Below are positions 9,917 to 19,345 of a stretch of DNA of 64,000 nucleotides, in pieces (position 1 is the first letter of the stretch; each line of letters starts with the position of its first letter). The DNA lies in the IMG/VR virus record IMGVR_UViG_3300036770_007945, positions 64,001 through 128,000 of that record; one strand, 5' to 3'. The position numbers were made by a program, and so were the translations under genes. The notes beneath the pieces were generated by a model. The model searched no databases and was not told the DNA's origin. It saw only the letters and a list, made by a program, of their open reading frames with translations. The stretch comes from a virus. Its lineage: Duplodnaviria > Heunggongvirae > Uroviricota > Caudoviricetes.

Positions 9917-11155
9917 TTATAGATTAGGTTGTTTAGCTAAATTCTCAACATAATCATAGAAGGCGACAAGACGTTCGTCTGTGATGATTCTACTTGAAGA
10001 GAAAGGTTCTAAATATAAACCGTCGAGGCTTTTAACTCGACTTAAAGCAACGTAAGCTTGACCAGGAGCAAAACATCTACTTAAGTCCACATGCATACTT
10101 GAAAACGTGCACCCTTGAGATTTATGAATAGTTGTTGCCCAAGCAAGCTGCAGTGGATATTGATTAAATTCAAAAATAACTTCTTCATTATCATTCTCTA
10201 TAGACCAGCTTTTAGTTTTAATTTCAAGAACGCTAGCGTTTTCGAATTTAACTACCGGGTTTCCGTTTGCAAAACCTTCAACTACTCCTAAAAGTCCGTT
10301 GATCAAACCCTCTTTTAAGTTTAAATTAAAGTTGAGCATGACTTTAGCCCCAACTTTTAAGGATAGGTTTTCTAAATCACTGAATTGCGATTTGTAGGTT
10401 TCGATGACTTCAGCACTCTCTCCTTCATACTTACCTTTGTAGAAGATAGAGTCTCCTGGCAGTTTTTGTAAAAATTCGTCATTGATACTTTTAGCCGCTT
10501 CTCTGCTTGAAACCAATCGGATAACATCTTGTGGATATTTTACTCCTATTCGTTGAGTTAGTATATTGTAAGACTCTTCTATGTTTCTCCCTTTTCGGAT
10601 GTCTGATAAAACTTGATAGAAAGTGTTATCGTCTTTTTGCCTATAATTGGTCGTCAATAAGAGCACCTCTATTTCTGCGGCTTTCCAAACAGCACTGCCT
10701 AGACATAGTTGTTCTGTATTCTTTAAAACCGGTGGTAGTTGTAAAAAGTCTCCAAATAGAAGTAACTGTATTCCTCCGAAAGGTTTAATATTTTTTCGAA
10801 GCAAAACAAGAACTCTATGTAATAACTCAAGCATTCTATCTGATAGCATTGATATCTCATCAATGGCTAAGTATTTGCAAGTTAGAATTCTCTCGTAAGC
10901 ATTGGAATCCTTCTGTATTGCATGCACAATTCTTTCAGCAGGATAAGAACCTACGCCAAGCTTAGCCCAAGAGTGAATGGTAGATCCTCCGATATTTAAA
11001 GCACTAATTCCGGTAGTCGCAGTTAAATGTAGATCCTTACCAAAATGTTCTTTCAGTTGACGCAATAAATAACTCTTACCGCTTCCTGCATTACCGGTTA
11101 TGAATAGGTTTTTTCCTTTATCTAATCTTTGTAAGGTGTTTGCAAAATTGTCCAT
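9917..11155 (-). CDS. Pif1-family (SF1B) DNA helicase
   Basis: GNAGSGKS, ATTGISA, IDEISML, PFGGIQLLLFGDFLQLPPV, QYPLQLAWATTIHKSQG, GQAYVALSRV. Confidence 0.93.
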   Translation of the reverse strand: MDNFANTLQRLDKGKNLFITGNAGSGKSYLLRQLKEHFGKDLHLTATTGISALNIGGSTIHSWAKLGVGSYPAERIVHAIQKDSNAYERILTCKYLAIDEISMLSDRMLELLHRVLVLLRKNIKPFGGIQLLLFGDFLQLPPVLKNTEQLCLGSAVWKAAEIEVLLLTTNYRQKDDNTFYQVLSDIRKGRNIEESYNILTQRIGVKYPQDVIRLVSSREAAKSINDEFLQKLPGDSIFYKGKYEGESAEVIETYKSQFSDLENLSLKVGAKVMLNFNLNLKEGLINGLLGVVEGFANGNPVVKFENASVLEIKTKSWSIENDNEEVIFEFNQYPLQLAWATTIHKSQGCTFSSMHVDLSRCFAPGQAYVALSRVKSLDGLYLEPFSSSRIITDERLVAFYDYVENLAKQPNL

Positions 11156-11186
11156 ACTATATGAGTTTAAATTTAAATTTTAGTTA

Positions 11187-11214
11187 TTGATAATCAAATT
11201 TTATTTGTTATAAT
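11187..11214 (+). promoter_or_regulatory. Sigma70-like promoter for the helicase N-fragment gene
   Basis: TTGATA-N16-TATAAT with TG close upstream of the -10 box. Confidence 0.45.
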
Positions 11215-11244
11215 AAAAAGATCAATAGAAATTTTAATAATTAT

Positions 11245-12336
11245 ATGCAAAAAATATATATCAAGGATAAATTATATATACCACAAACCCTTATTCCAGA
11301 TCTCAGCCTTTTACAAAAACATTGGGATTTACCTGTTTTTGATGAAAGTCTCTGTAAAAGGTGTGATAATCGTCCACATAGAATTAACAATCAATGTCGT
11401 ATTTGTCCAGGATTACAGCGCATTGTGCGGATGTGGGCGGTCAAGGAAGGAAATAATGGCTTGAAATACTATACATTACCTTGCGGGCAGATTAAACACA
11501 CACTTGCTCGATTGAATATAGATATTAGTAACGTTCAATTTGAAGATCTGCGAGTTGATTTACCTTTTATACATCCTCTAAAATTCACAGGGACTCTCCG
11601 CAGAGGCGAGTTTGTTAATGGAGTGCCTACTGCTAACCAAGAATATCTTGTTCAAAAATGGCTTGAAACTGGTTACGGTTTAATTGAAGCTCCTCCTAGA
11701 ACAGGTAAAACAGTCTTAGGCACTTATTTATCCTGCTTTCTTCAAAAGAAGACAATCATTACTGCACACCAAGAAGAGCTCTTAATGAACTTCTATAAAA
11801 CTTATGTCAATATGACTAACCTTAAAGAGCTTCAAGAGCAGACTGGTAAACATATTGTAAAGGTAATTCAAAAAATAGAAGATTTTGAGCGAGAGGATTA
11901 TGATGTTATTTTAGTCAACTATCAAAAGTTTATTCGTAGTAGCGGGGAAGAGCGCATCGAAAAATACTTAAAATCTAAATTCGCTTTTGTTATTGTTGAC
12001 GAGTGTCATCAGGGGGCTGCGGAATGTTTTTCAAAATTTTTACACAAGTTAGCCCCCAAGTATACACTAGGTCTGAGTGCTACTCCTAAAAGAAAGGATT
12101 GTGTTGAAGAGAGGACACAAATCTATACGGAACAGGGGGTCATGTCTATGGGGGACTTGGTAGATTTACTTAAGCAGGGGCAAAAAATTCGTGTATATTC
12201 AAAAAATCTTGAAACTAATGAAATAGAGTTAAAACCTATTCTAGAAGTGCATGAAAAATATACTAACAGAGTTAAAAAAGCGCTTTTAAGTAATCGGGTT
12301 AGTCTTCTTACGACTACTGACCACTTTCTCTACTAA
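11245..12336 (+). CDS. SF2 (UvsW-like) helicase N-terminal half fused to split-intein N-fragment
   Basis: APPRTGKT (motif I), IVDECHQ (II), GLSATPKRKD (III), then CVEERTQIYTEQG...TTTDHFLY* (intein block A Cys1, block B TxxH). Confidence 0.9.
   Translation: MQKIYIKDKLYIPQTLIPDLSLLQKHWDLPVFDESLCKRCDNRPHRINNQCRICPGLQRIVRMWAVKEGNNGLKYYTLPCGQIKHTLARLNIDISNVQFEDLRVDLPFIHPLKFTGTLRRGEFVNGVPTANQEYLVQKWLETGYGLIEAPPRTGKTVLGTYLSCFLQKKTIITAHQEELLMNFYKTYVNMTNLKELQEQTGKHIVKVIQKIEDFEREDYDVILVNYQKFIRSSGEERIEKYLKSKFAFVIVDECHQGAAECFSKFLHKLAPKYTLGLSATPKRKDCVEERTQIYTEQGVMSMGDLVDLLKQGQKIRVYSKNLETNEIELKPILEVHEKYTNRVKKALLSNRVSLLTTTDHFLY
12100..12333 (+). mobile_element. Split intein N-fragment (IntN, 78 aa)
   Basis: Begins at Cys (TGT 12100) right after motif III; HINT-like VYSKNLETNEIELKPI; TTDH; stop 3 codons after the His. 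Confidence 0.85.
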
Positions 12337-12510
12337 CTTCTTTATTGAGAAGCAAGAGGTTTCTGATGTAAGGCTTGCTTTGTTTATTTTTAAAAGGTTT
12401 TTAGGATTGTTTATCTCTTGTATTTCTTTTCTGGCAGCGTCAATGAGTTTGATCTGCTTGTTAACATAATTTAATACAATCTGTATTCCTTCCTGATTTA
12501 TCTTAGTCAT
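12286..12510 (-). CDS. Hypothetical protein, convergently overlapping IntN
   Basis: 74 aa ORF following the minus-strand structural operon. Confidence 0.35.
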   Translation of the reverse strand: MTKINQEGIQIVLNYVNKQIKLIDAARKEIQEINNPKNLLKINKASLTSETSCFSIKKLVEKVVSSRKKTNPIT

Positions 12511-12555
12511 TCCTTATCCTTATTTACGCTTTAACTAATAAAGTATTTTTCGTTA

Positions 12556-12882
12556 TTAGCTGCCAACAAAGAAAACATCTAAAGCATTCGTGACATCTAA
12601 AGATGTATTTTCTACAGCAATATTAGAATAAGTTCCTGTAAGTAGCAAGGTTTCCGTAATAGGTAACGTTTGCACTACATTATTTGTAGTAGTAATTTTT
12701 ATGACCGCGTTATTAGAACTCTTAATAAAACAAACCTTCTGAATAGCCCCTATTGTGTAAGTTTGTGTTCCAAGAACCTGAAAATTTTCTTGTCGTATCC
12801 TCGAGAGGTTACTAAAGTAGTTCGAAATATTAAAGCTACTCAACTCGAAAGTTAATTTAAGGCTTAAATCTTGTATTGACAT
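12556..12882 (-). CDS. Hypothetical virion-module protein
   Basis: 108 aa beta-rich ORF in the structural operon. Confidence 0.5.
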   Translation of the reverse strand: MSIQDLSLKLTFELSSFNISNYFSNLSRIRQENFQVLGTQTYTIGAIQKVCFIKSSNNAVIKITTTNNVVQTLPITETLLLTGTYSNIAVENTSLDVTNALDVFFVGS

Positions 12883-12929
12883 TGTTAACTTTAATCTTTA
12901 AGGTTCACGGTTTGTAATTTTTAACAAAC

Positions 12930-13400
12930 CTACGCACATTTTAAATTACGTTTTAGAAGGTAAATATTGTTTCTCGTATGAGTTTCTGCAATATTGCCTA
13001 AAAAATTAACTACTGCTATATTTGAACCGTATTGTGTGTTCAAAGCATTAACTGTTTTTAAAACATCTTCTTCTAGTAGAAGGGCGCAAGTTTTAGCTTC
13101 TGCATCGTTCTTACTACAAACACCTTTTAATAAAGGGAAAGCTGAATACGAACCTTTAATGACATCCAAAGTCTCTAAACAACAATCTTCAGTATTTAGT
13201 GCTAAAGCCATCTCTGCTACTGAATCTAATTCAGAGGAGACGTTTGAGTAAAGTTCTTTAAACAGCGCATGATCTTGACCAAAGAAGGCCCCTTTTGATA
13301 ACCAGTGTTTTGATAAATAGAATTGACTCAAGGCTGTTAATTTATATAATAAAAGATGCATATAATAATAATAATAATAGCGAACGTATACTATTCGCAA
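12930..13400 (-). CDS. Dps/ferritin-like protein (likely start at Met14, 13361)
   Basis: HWLSKGAFFGQDHALFKELY...ELDSVAE matches the Dps ferroxidase signature HW..G..F...H..F...Y......D..AE. Confidence 0.75.
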   Translation of the reverse strand: MRIVYVRYYYYYYMHLLLYKLTALSQFYLSKHWLSKGAFFGQDHALFKELYSNVSSELDSVAEMALALNTEDCCLETLDVIKGSYSAFPLLKGVCSKNDAEAKTCALLLEEDVLKTVNALNTQYGSNIAVVNFLGNIAETHTRNNIYLLKRNLKCA

Positions 13401-13444
13401 CTGTTTGAGATAAAATTAGATTGATTATCTATAAAACTTTTTAG

Positions 13445-14206
13445 TTATCTTTGAATAGTTAGTTTAATAACGCTTGGTGGAGATATAGTTGCGGCATCAC
13501 TAAAACCTGTTGTAGAGCTTATAGGGTTTACTGGGAGCACTTCGTCTTTTATTTGCCCTTCTAAAGTTTCCGGTTGTATTGCAGCTCTATCTATAACATT
13601 ACCTACTTGAAGATCTATAGTAGCCGAAAATTCCCCTATATAAATTTTTCCTTTTTCATCGGATAGGTCTAACTCTGGGTAACTTAAATCTTGGGTATTC
13701 GGATGAAAATGAAAAGGGAAGGGTGTTCCTGAATCATCTGCATCAACAACCCCTGAAAGTTTATTTGGGTAAAGTTCATACCAAGCAAGCAAGAATTCCT
13801 CGTATTGACTTGGTTCATTCGTAACAAACCAAAAAGTAATATTTAGGGTAAGAGGAAGTTTTATTGCTGTTTTAATTCTTGTATTGTCTAGTGCATTAGT
13901 AGCATATTCAATCTCATTCAACTGCGGGTAAGGTCTAGCAGTAATGTTGGATAAAGCTAAGCCTTTGTTTCTAGAAACTATTGAGCCAACGGTTTGTTCC
14001 TTGAGACTGGTTGATTTAATTTGATAACAAATAAAGGGGTAGTTAATCGTTGCTTCTTCTTTAAGAAAAGCTTGATTAAACATATCTTGAGGCGTATAAA
14101 CCTGAGTATAGGAATAAACATCAAAGGACATAGACCTTTTTAAAAATAGGTCTAAATTGTTTAGAATTTTTGTAAGGGTATTTCTTATGATAGAATTACT
14201 CATCAA
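13445..14206 (-). CDS. Putative neck / tail-completion protein
   Basis: Position downstream of the capsid genes; beta-rich pattern (LTLNITFWFVT, IYIGEFSATIDL); no firm motif. Confidence 0.3.
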   Translation of the reverse strand: MMSNSIIRNTLTKILNNLDLFLKRSMSFDVYSYTQVYTPQDMFNQAFLKEEATINYPFICYQIKSTSLKEQTVGSIVSRNKGLALSNITARPYPQLNEIEYATNALDNTRIKTAIKLPLTLNITFWFVTNEPSQYEEFLLAWYELYPNKLSGVVDADDSGTPFPFHFHPNTQDLSYPELDLSDEKGKIYIGEFSATIDLQVGNVIDRAAIQPETLEGQIKDEVLPVNPISSTTGFSDAATISPPSVIKLTIQR

Positions 14207-14546
14207 CTTCTTGGGTTAACTCAATTGTAATATCGTCACTTCTAAAGCTTCCTCTATTGAAAGAACTTTTTACATAATCTCTACTAGGAGTTACTCTGCT
14301 GCGAACTGTAGAAGGTAATCGTAGACCTGAAGGAGAACCACTGTAGAATGTTTTTCCATTAGTGTCTAAAGTGTCTAATTCGATTTCAAAGTCACTATCA
14401 AAAGTTTTCGTCTTAAGAGAATCCTCAAAGGCTTTATCAATATCGCTTTCTAACAAGCGAATTCTCTCATCAGTGTATTGTGAAGAGGCTGTTCTATTCT
14501 TACGGACAGCAACATGTGTTTTAAACTTTGTTTCAAATCTACGCAT
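14196..14546 (-). CDS. Hypothetical virion-module protein
   Basis: 116 aa ORF coupled to the next gene; contains RTASS. Confidence 0.5.
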   Translation of the reverse strand: MRRFETKFKTHVAVRKNRTASSQYTDERIRLLESDIDKAFEDSLKTKTFDSDFEIELDTLDTNGKTFYSGSPSGLRLPSTVRSRVTPSRDYVKSSFNRGSFRSDDITIELTQEVDE

Positions 14547-14583
14547 TTCTTTGACTGGTTATTTATTTATAATTCTTATATAA

Positions 14584-14614
14584 CAAAACGGAGGTTGATG
14601 AAGCCTCCGTTTTG
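14584..14614 (-). terminator. Intrinsic terminator after the major capsid gene
   Basis: CAAAACGGAGG(C)TT-loop-AACCTCCGTTTTG stem directly downstream of the MCP stop. Confidence 0.75.
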
Positions 14615-14640
14615 GGTAATGTGGTGATATTCTTTTAAAG

Positions 14641-15753
14641 TTAGCTAATCAAACCCTTAACAACAGAACGTCCGTTAGAGACGATCATTGAAAGGATTTC
14701 ATGATTTAACCAACCTTTACCAGTTTTGCCATTTTCAGTCATAGCTGGATTGTATTCAGTAACACTTAAACCAGATCTATCTGAATAAGCGCCATGGAAT
14801 TCAGGATTACCTATAACATAAGCTTCACCTGCATTTAAAACTTTTTGAGTTGTAACGCGAGTAGCATCAGTTATAACGGTTAAACCTGCAATCTGTCCTA
14901 ACATACCGGTTTCCAAAATTTGATAGTAGTGGAATAAGTCGATAGAAGTTGCAAGTGGGCCGTAGAAGTCTTTAACCAAGTTAGCAGCAATCAATAAATA
15001 TTGAGCTGGGATGTTGGTGTTGTCTAATACCGCACGCATATTACCGATAGCTGAAGCAGTCAAACCTGTATTATAAATTTGAAGTTCATTACCGCTATTT
15101 AATGCACCGATAGTAGCGTCAGCAAGAGCTTTCCAACGTTTGTCTTCCTGAACTAAAACAGCTTCTTTCATTTCTGCTAGTTTTCTTTCAGCAAAGTCAG
15201 GAGCAGCCTGATGAACTTCAATAGCATCCATGAAAACTTTCACGATGATTTCAAACTCTTGTAAAAAGAATTTTTTCTCGCGTGTAACAACTGGAACAAC
15301 GTTTACACCGCCAGCATCGTAAGTATAACCAATGATAGTTTTAGTATCGTTAGTTAACATAGGAAGTTGACCTTGAGTTACTGGAATTTGTTTCAAAAAC
15401 TTACGAGCAAAGCCATCGCGTTGTGCGTATTCTTGAACCATATTAGTCATAGCAGCAACAGTTGTTTCTGCACTTCTCTTGTCATTGCTTTTAATAGCAG
15501 CTAACAATTGATTGTTCAAAGCTTTCAAAGCAGCTTTTTCAGCACTACCTTGATAGTTTTTGGTTGAAGCGACAGCTTGACCAGATGATAATGCTTGTAA
15601 GAACTGTTTTTGTCCCATAGCAACATCAGCTTTATCAGTAGCATTCATTTCACCTTTTGAGTTGAATAAGTATTCAGCTGAACCTTCGCGCTTCAACTCA
15701 GATGGATGTAGGCCCGCTTGAGCTTTATATCCTTTATTAAAATCTATTTTCAT
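14641..15753 (-). CDS. Major capsid protein (HK97-fold)
   Basis: 370 aa; synteny terminase-portal-protease-scaffold-decoration-MCP; strong terminator; RDGFARKFL, LVQEDKRW, GMLGQIAGLTVITD, GWLNHEILSM patterns typical of large-myovirus MCPs. Confidence 0.8.
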   Translation of the reverse strand: MKIDFNKGYKAQAGLHPSELKREGSAEYLFNSKGEMNATDKADVAMGQKQFLQALSSGQAVASTKNYQGSAEKAALKALNNQLLAAIKSNDKRSAETTVAAMTNMVQEYAQRDGFARKFLKQIPVTQGQLPMLTNDTKTIIGYTYDAGGVNVVPVVTREKKFFLQEFEIIVKVFMDAIEVHQAAPDFAERKLAEMKEAVLVQEDKRWKALADATIGALNSGNELQIYNTGLTASAIGNMRAVLDNTNIPAQYLLIAANLVKDFYGPLATSIDLFHYYQILETGMLGQIAGLTVITDATRVTTQKVLNAGEAYVIGNPEFHGAYSDRSGLSVTEYNPAMTENGKTGKGWLNHEILSMIVSNGRSVVKGLIS

Positions 15754-15784
15754 ATTTTATAAAAATTTGTTGAGTTGTTATTAA

Positions 15785-16513
15785 TTAGCTACGAAGTTCA
15801 ATAGTCAAGAAAGGCTTGCTTACTGTTGGGATCTCTCTAACTAAAGCGTTTGGAATAGAAGTTCCAGAACCACTCTTAGTTAAGTATCCAGTAGTAGCAA
15901 TCTTAATTGCGTTTGAATCTGACCAATCAGAAGTTGGATCATAGTTAGTAGTAACGATAATGCCTCTTGTGATGACGTTGATAACACCTAAGCTTGAAGT
16001 GTTATTCAAACCTGGGCGAATGTCGCCAAAGAAATCACGAGCTTCAAAAGCTGAAGGCGTGTAGCTGTAAACAACTTGAATTGATTTACCGCTGTGCGTG
16101 CCATCTACTGTAACGATATTACCAGAAACAGTAAATTGCGTAGCATTTACTGTATCAGCATGATAAGTCAATACAGTTGAAACTCCTAAAGCCGTAGTTA
16201 CAACAACTCTCATTTCTGAACCTGGAGCTACTGGGGTCTTCGAAAGAGTGAAAGTGTAAGGACCAGAGGCAGGAACAGTTCCTGCATCTACTTTGTTCAA
16301 TTTAGTTGGGAGAACACGGTGTTGGTAATAAGAAATACCTGCAAAAACGTCAGTGCTAGCGGTAGAGCCTTTTTTAACTTTAGCAAGACCACCCTCTAAA
16401 GGATACTTGAAAGTTAAAGCTAGACCTTCTTCGATAGCTGAGCTTAACTCGCTTTCAGCGAGATTGTAGGATCTTACTACTTCAGCACCAAACCCATAAC
16501 CTGGAAAAATCAT
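15785..16513 (-). CDS. Capsid decoration / cement protein
   Basis: Beta-rich 242 aa protein directly upstream of the MCP (EEGLALT, FAGIS, GVINVITRGIIVTTNYD). Confidence 0.55.
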   Translation of the reverse strand: MIFPGYGFGAEVVRSYNLAESELSSAIEEGLALTFKYPLEGGLAKVKKGSTASTDVFAGISYYQHRVLPTKLNKVDAGTVPASGPYTFTLSKTPVAPGSEMRVVVTTALGVSTVLTYHADTVNATQFTVSGNIVTVDGTHSGKSIQVVYSYTPSAFEARDFFGDIRPGLNNTSSLGVINVITRGIIVTTNYDPTSDWSDSNAIKIATTGYLTKSGSGTSIPNALVREIPTVSKPFLTIELRS

Positions 16514-16540
16514 AGTTGGAAAAATTTAAATTAAAATAAA

Positions 16541-18196
16541 TTAAAGCGTTCCTTTTCGAATCGCTTCGATAAGGGTGCTTACAACACTATCTTCTGATAC
16601 TGAAGAAGTGTTGGCTTCTACTGAATGCTCGAAAGTAGCTTCAGTTTTTTGTGCTGTATTAGAAACAAGAGCAGAGTCAGCCTTATAAGCAGCTTGATTC
16701 ACGAAGTCTCGGACTTCTTTTCTTGCATCGGGTGTCTTCTTAAATAAAGACAAAGCTTCTTCAAAGATTGTAGCATAATCTCTGAGAATGCCTTTCACAA
16801 AAGCTTCTTCAATTAAAACTTCACTATTCTGTATTCCTACAGATTTTAAAGCTTCATTTAAAATTGCTTTTGTTGAAAGAGATTTTTTATGACCTAAAGA
16901 GCTTTTCTCTTGTAGGTTTTTACAATACATGACTGCAGCAGTAGAGAAAGCTTCTCTAAAGTCATTAAACATCTGTTTTTCTTTAGCTTCATAAACATCT
17001 TGCAAGGCTTTAGTGGCTTTGACTACATTAGAAGCTACAGCCGCTTTCTTGGTAATTATAGGAGCACTAATTGCTTTAATTCCAAAATCCTTCAATCTAA
17101 AGTTTGTTTCTTGAGATTCGCAGGCTGTTAAAGCTGTGTGTAAACTTTGCATAAATAAATTTCGATCGGTAAAGATCGCTTTAACTCCATCAGACGCGCG
17201 TTGAAAAGATGCTGTTGCAATAGGAACATGCTTAACCATTAAGTAGTAGGTAGGTAACTCTTCTCTAACTGAAGAAGCAACCAACTCTATTGAATCACTA
17301 TATCTATCATCAGCTAAGAGGTTAGCAAGATTATAAGATAATTGTTTATCTTGTAGAGCTTCTTCAACGGTTTCTGGAAGTGAGTCTAGAGTTTCATGCA
17401 ACTCAGAAGGTATCTGTGAAACATCTAAATCCTCTGGTGCAATAATTACAGACTCAGGATCGTTTATTTCAATTGAAACTTGAGGATTGTCTAAAGAAGT
17501 GGAAGGCTCTGAATATTCAATGCTGTTATCTATTTCGTCTTCGCCAGGCGTTTCAATTCCTACGGGAAGAGTTTCTATATCTTCAAGAGTATCCATAACA
17601 AGCTGAATATCGTTATCTTGTAAACTATCTTCTAAATCAGAGTCATCAGAACTATTTATTGAAGTATCGTTAAAGGACTCTGCACAATGTTCTGCGCTGA
17701 TGTCTTCTAGTGTTGCTGAAGTCTCTTTTGTTACTTCTTCTTCTGAATCATTATCATTTATTTTAATAATAATGCCTTCGGATTCATCAGATTCATCCAT
17801 GTCAATAACATCTTCATCAGATTCATCCATGTCAATAACATCTTCATCAGATTCATCCATGTCAATAACATCTTCATCAGATTCATCCATGTCAATAACA
17901 TCTTCATCAGATTCATCAGATTCATCCATGTCAATAACATCTTCATCAGATTCATCCATGTCAATAACATCTTCATCAGATTCATCAGATTCATCCATGT
18001 CAATAACATCTTCATCAGATTCATCCATATCGATGTCTTTTATATTAGTTTCCATATCAATATCGATATCCTCGAGCGTATTATCAGAATTTGGAGCAAA
18101 ATCGTCTTCTTCGTCGCGAAGCTCTAGAACGATGTCATCTTCTTGAGTTTTCATATCACGGGCCCTTGTATATTTTTGGAATTTACGGTTAAGCAT
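16541..18196 (-). CDS. Acidic scaffold-like prohead protein
   Basis: Lies between protease and decoration/MCP; very acidic N-half with tandem repeats and a helical C-half. Confidence 0.5.
   Translation of the reverse strand: MLNRKFQKYTRARDMKTQEDDIVLELRDEEDDFAPNSDNTLEDIDIDMETNIKDIDMDESDEDVIDMDESDESDEDVIDMDESDEDVIDMDESDESDEDVIDMDESDEDVIDMDESDEDVIDMDESDEDVIDMDESDESEGIIIKINDNDSEEEVTKETSATLEDISAEHCAESFNDTSINSSDDSDLEDSLQDNDIQLVMDTLEDIETLPVGIETPGEDEIDNSIEYSEPSTSLDNPQVSIEINDPESVIIAPEDLDVSQIPSELHETLDSLPETVEEALQDKQLSYNLANLLADDRYSDSIELVASSVREELPTYYLMVKHVPIATASFQRASDGVKAIFTDRNLFMQSLHTALTACESQETNFRLKDFGIKAISAPIITKKAAVASNVVKATKALQDVYEAKEKQMFNDFREAFSTAAVMYCKNLQEKSSLGHKKSLSTKAILNEALKSVGIQNSEVLIEEAFVKGILRDYATIFEEALSLFKKTPDARKEVRDFVNQAAYKADSALVSNTAQKTEATFEHSVEANTSSVSEDSVVSTLIEAIRKGTL
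17778..18032 (-). repeat. Coding tandem repeat, 8 units of DMDES(DES)DEDVI (30/39 nt)
   Basis: GATTCATCCATGTCAATAACATCTTCATCA repeated near-perfectly, with 9-nt GATTCATCA variants. Confidence 0.95.
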
Positions 18197-18318
18197 ATAT
18201 TTTTGTGTCTTTTACATTTAGAAACGTTAAATAAACCATTTAAACGTTTCGGTATAAAATTAATTAAGTATTTCTAATACTTAAACTGTTTGGTTTAAAA
18301 TTAGTCAGAGTCTTATCT

Positions 18319-19107
18319 TTAGCTAAGTTTGAGGAGATATTCATTTTGAGCAGACACGTAGGCGGGAGTCTCTACAGCACTAACTTCAAAACCACATACA
18401 TTGACTGTTTCATAGTAGCCTAGTTTTTTTCCATGCTTGGTATCAAAGACGGTAAAACTAGGATTATTGATATCTACGTGATTGCACCCCCCAGCTTCAA
18501 AACTAGTTCCACATATACTGCATACATAGTCGTCTACATATGCACCCATACTGTAGGTTGTTAGATCTCCTCTCAAAATCCTATTGTATAACTGGGTATC
18601 TTTGGTTCTATCAAAACCACATAAGGTAGTAAGTTTGTATAAATTTCCTACGGAATTTTTAATCGGCGACATAGAAGTTGCGAATACAACACCTTTAGCT
18701 TTTTCGTAATCTTCGTTTGCATGCTCGTAGAATGTAGGAGCACCTTCCCATGTTTGATAAGCTACTCTCTTGACATGAGGATTTGGATTAAAAGAGGTTA
18801 AAGCATGATAAGGAAAAGCTACACCATTTCTGTTCGGCAAGTCCGAAGGCATAATAATCACAGGAACGCAGATATAATCTTCTAGCTTAGGGGATATCTT
18901 GTATTGTTCTGCAGCCAAAGCTAACCAATTTCCTATAGTCGAGGCATTCATAGTCTCTGTCACTACACTAGCAGTTGATTTTTTTAAAGGTCTAGTATTA
19001 TTACCCTTACGCGTTATAGAATACATATCAATAACGTTATCCGATTGCTCTCCTGGATGACTGAAGCATGAATATTTTCCTACTGTTCTATTTTTATGTA
19101 TTTTCAT
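18319..19107 (-). CDS. Prohead (capsid maturation) protease
   Basis: PNRNGVAFP, FYEHAN...AKGVVF, YSMGAYVDDYVCSICG...CNH, FEVSAVETPA: HK97-like protease with a Zn-ribbon insert. Confidence 0.8.
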   Translation of the reverse strand: MKIHKNRTVGKYSCFSHPGEQSDNVIDMYSITRKGNNTRPLKKSTASVVTETMNASTIGNWLALAAEQYKISPKLEDYICVPVIIMPSDLPNRNGVAFPYHALTSFNPNPHVKRVAYQTWEGAPTFYEHANEDYEKAKGVVFATSMSPIKNSVGNLYKLTTLCGFDRTKDTQLYNRILRGDLTTYSMGAYVDDYVCSICGTSFEAGGCNHVDINNPSFTVFDTKHGKKLGYYETVNVCGFEVSAVETPAYVSAQNEYLLKLS

Positions 19108-19114
19108 ATTTAGG

Positions 19115-19339
19115 TTACTTTGTTAATGAGATATCAAACTCTTTTTGAAGCTGTTTCATTAAATTTTTATATCTCGGGCTATTTAAAAACATGGCAATGT
19201 TTCTCGCTTGCTTTACCTTTGCTTGAGGACTTAAAGTTAATGCCTTCTGAATAGGTTTAGGGTCAAACACTACTCTCCTACCAGTAACAAAACTTTTACA
19301 GACTTGTTCTATATTGTTTGTAACTGTTCCTCCTAGCAT
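19115..19339 (-). CDS. Hypothetical protein
   Basis: 74 aa ORF in the head operon. Confidence 0.5.
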   Translation of the reverse strand: MLGGTVTNNIEQVCKSFVTGRRVVFDPKPIQKALTLSPQAKVKQARNIAMFLNSPRYKNLMKQLQKEFDISLTK

Positions 19340-19345
19340 GTATGT

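Noticed and set aside
17700-18146. Ser-rich plus-strand ORF and the MNLMKMLLTW ORF (17758..18024)
   Set aside because: Shadow frames created by the stop-free tandem repeat of the scaffold-like gene.
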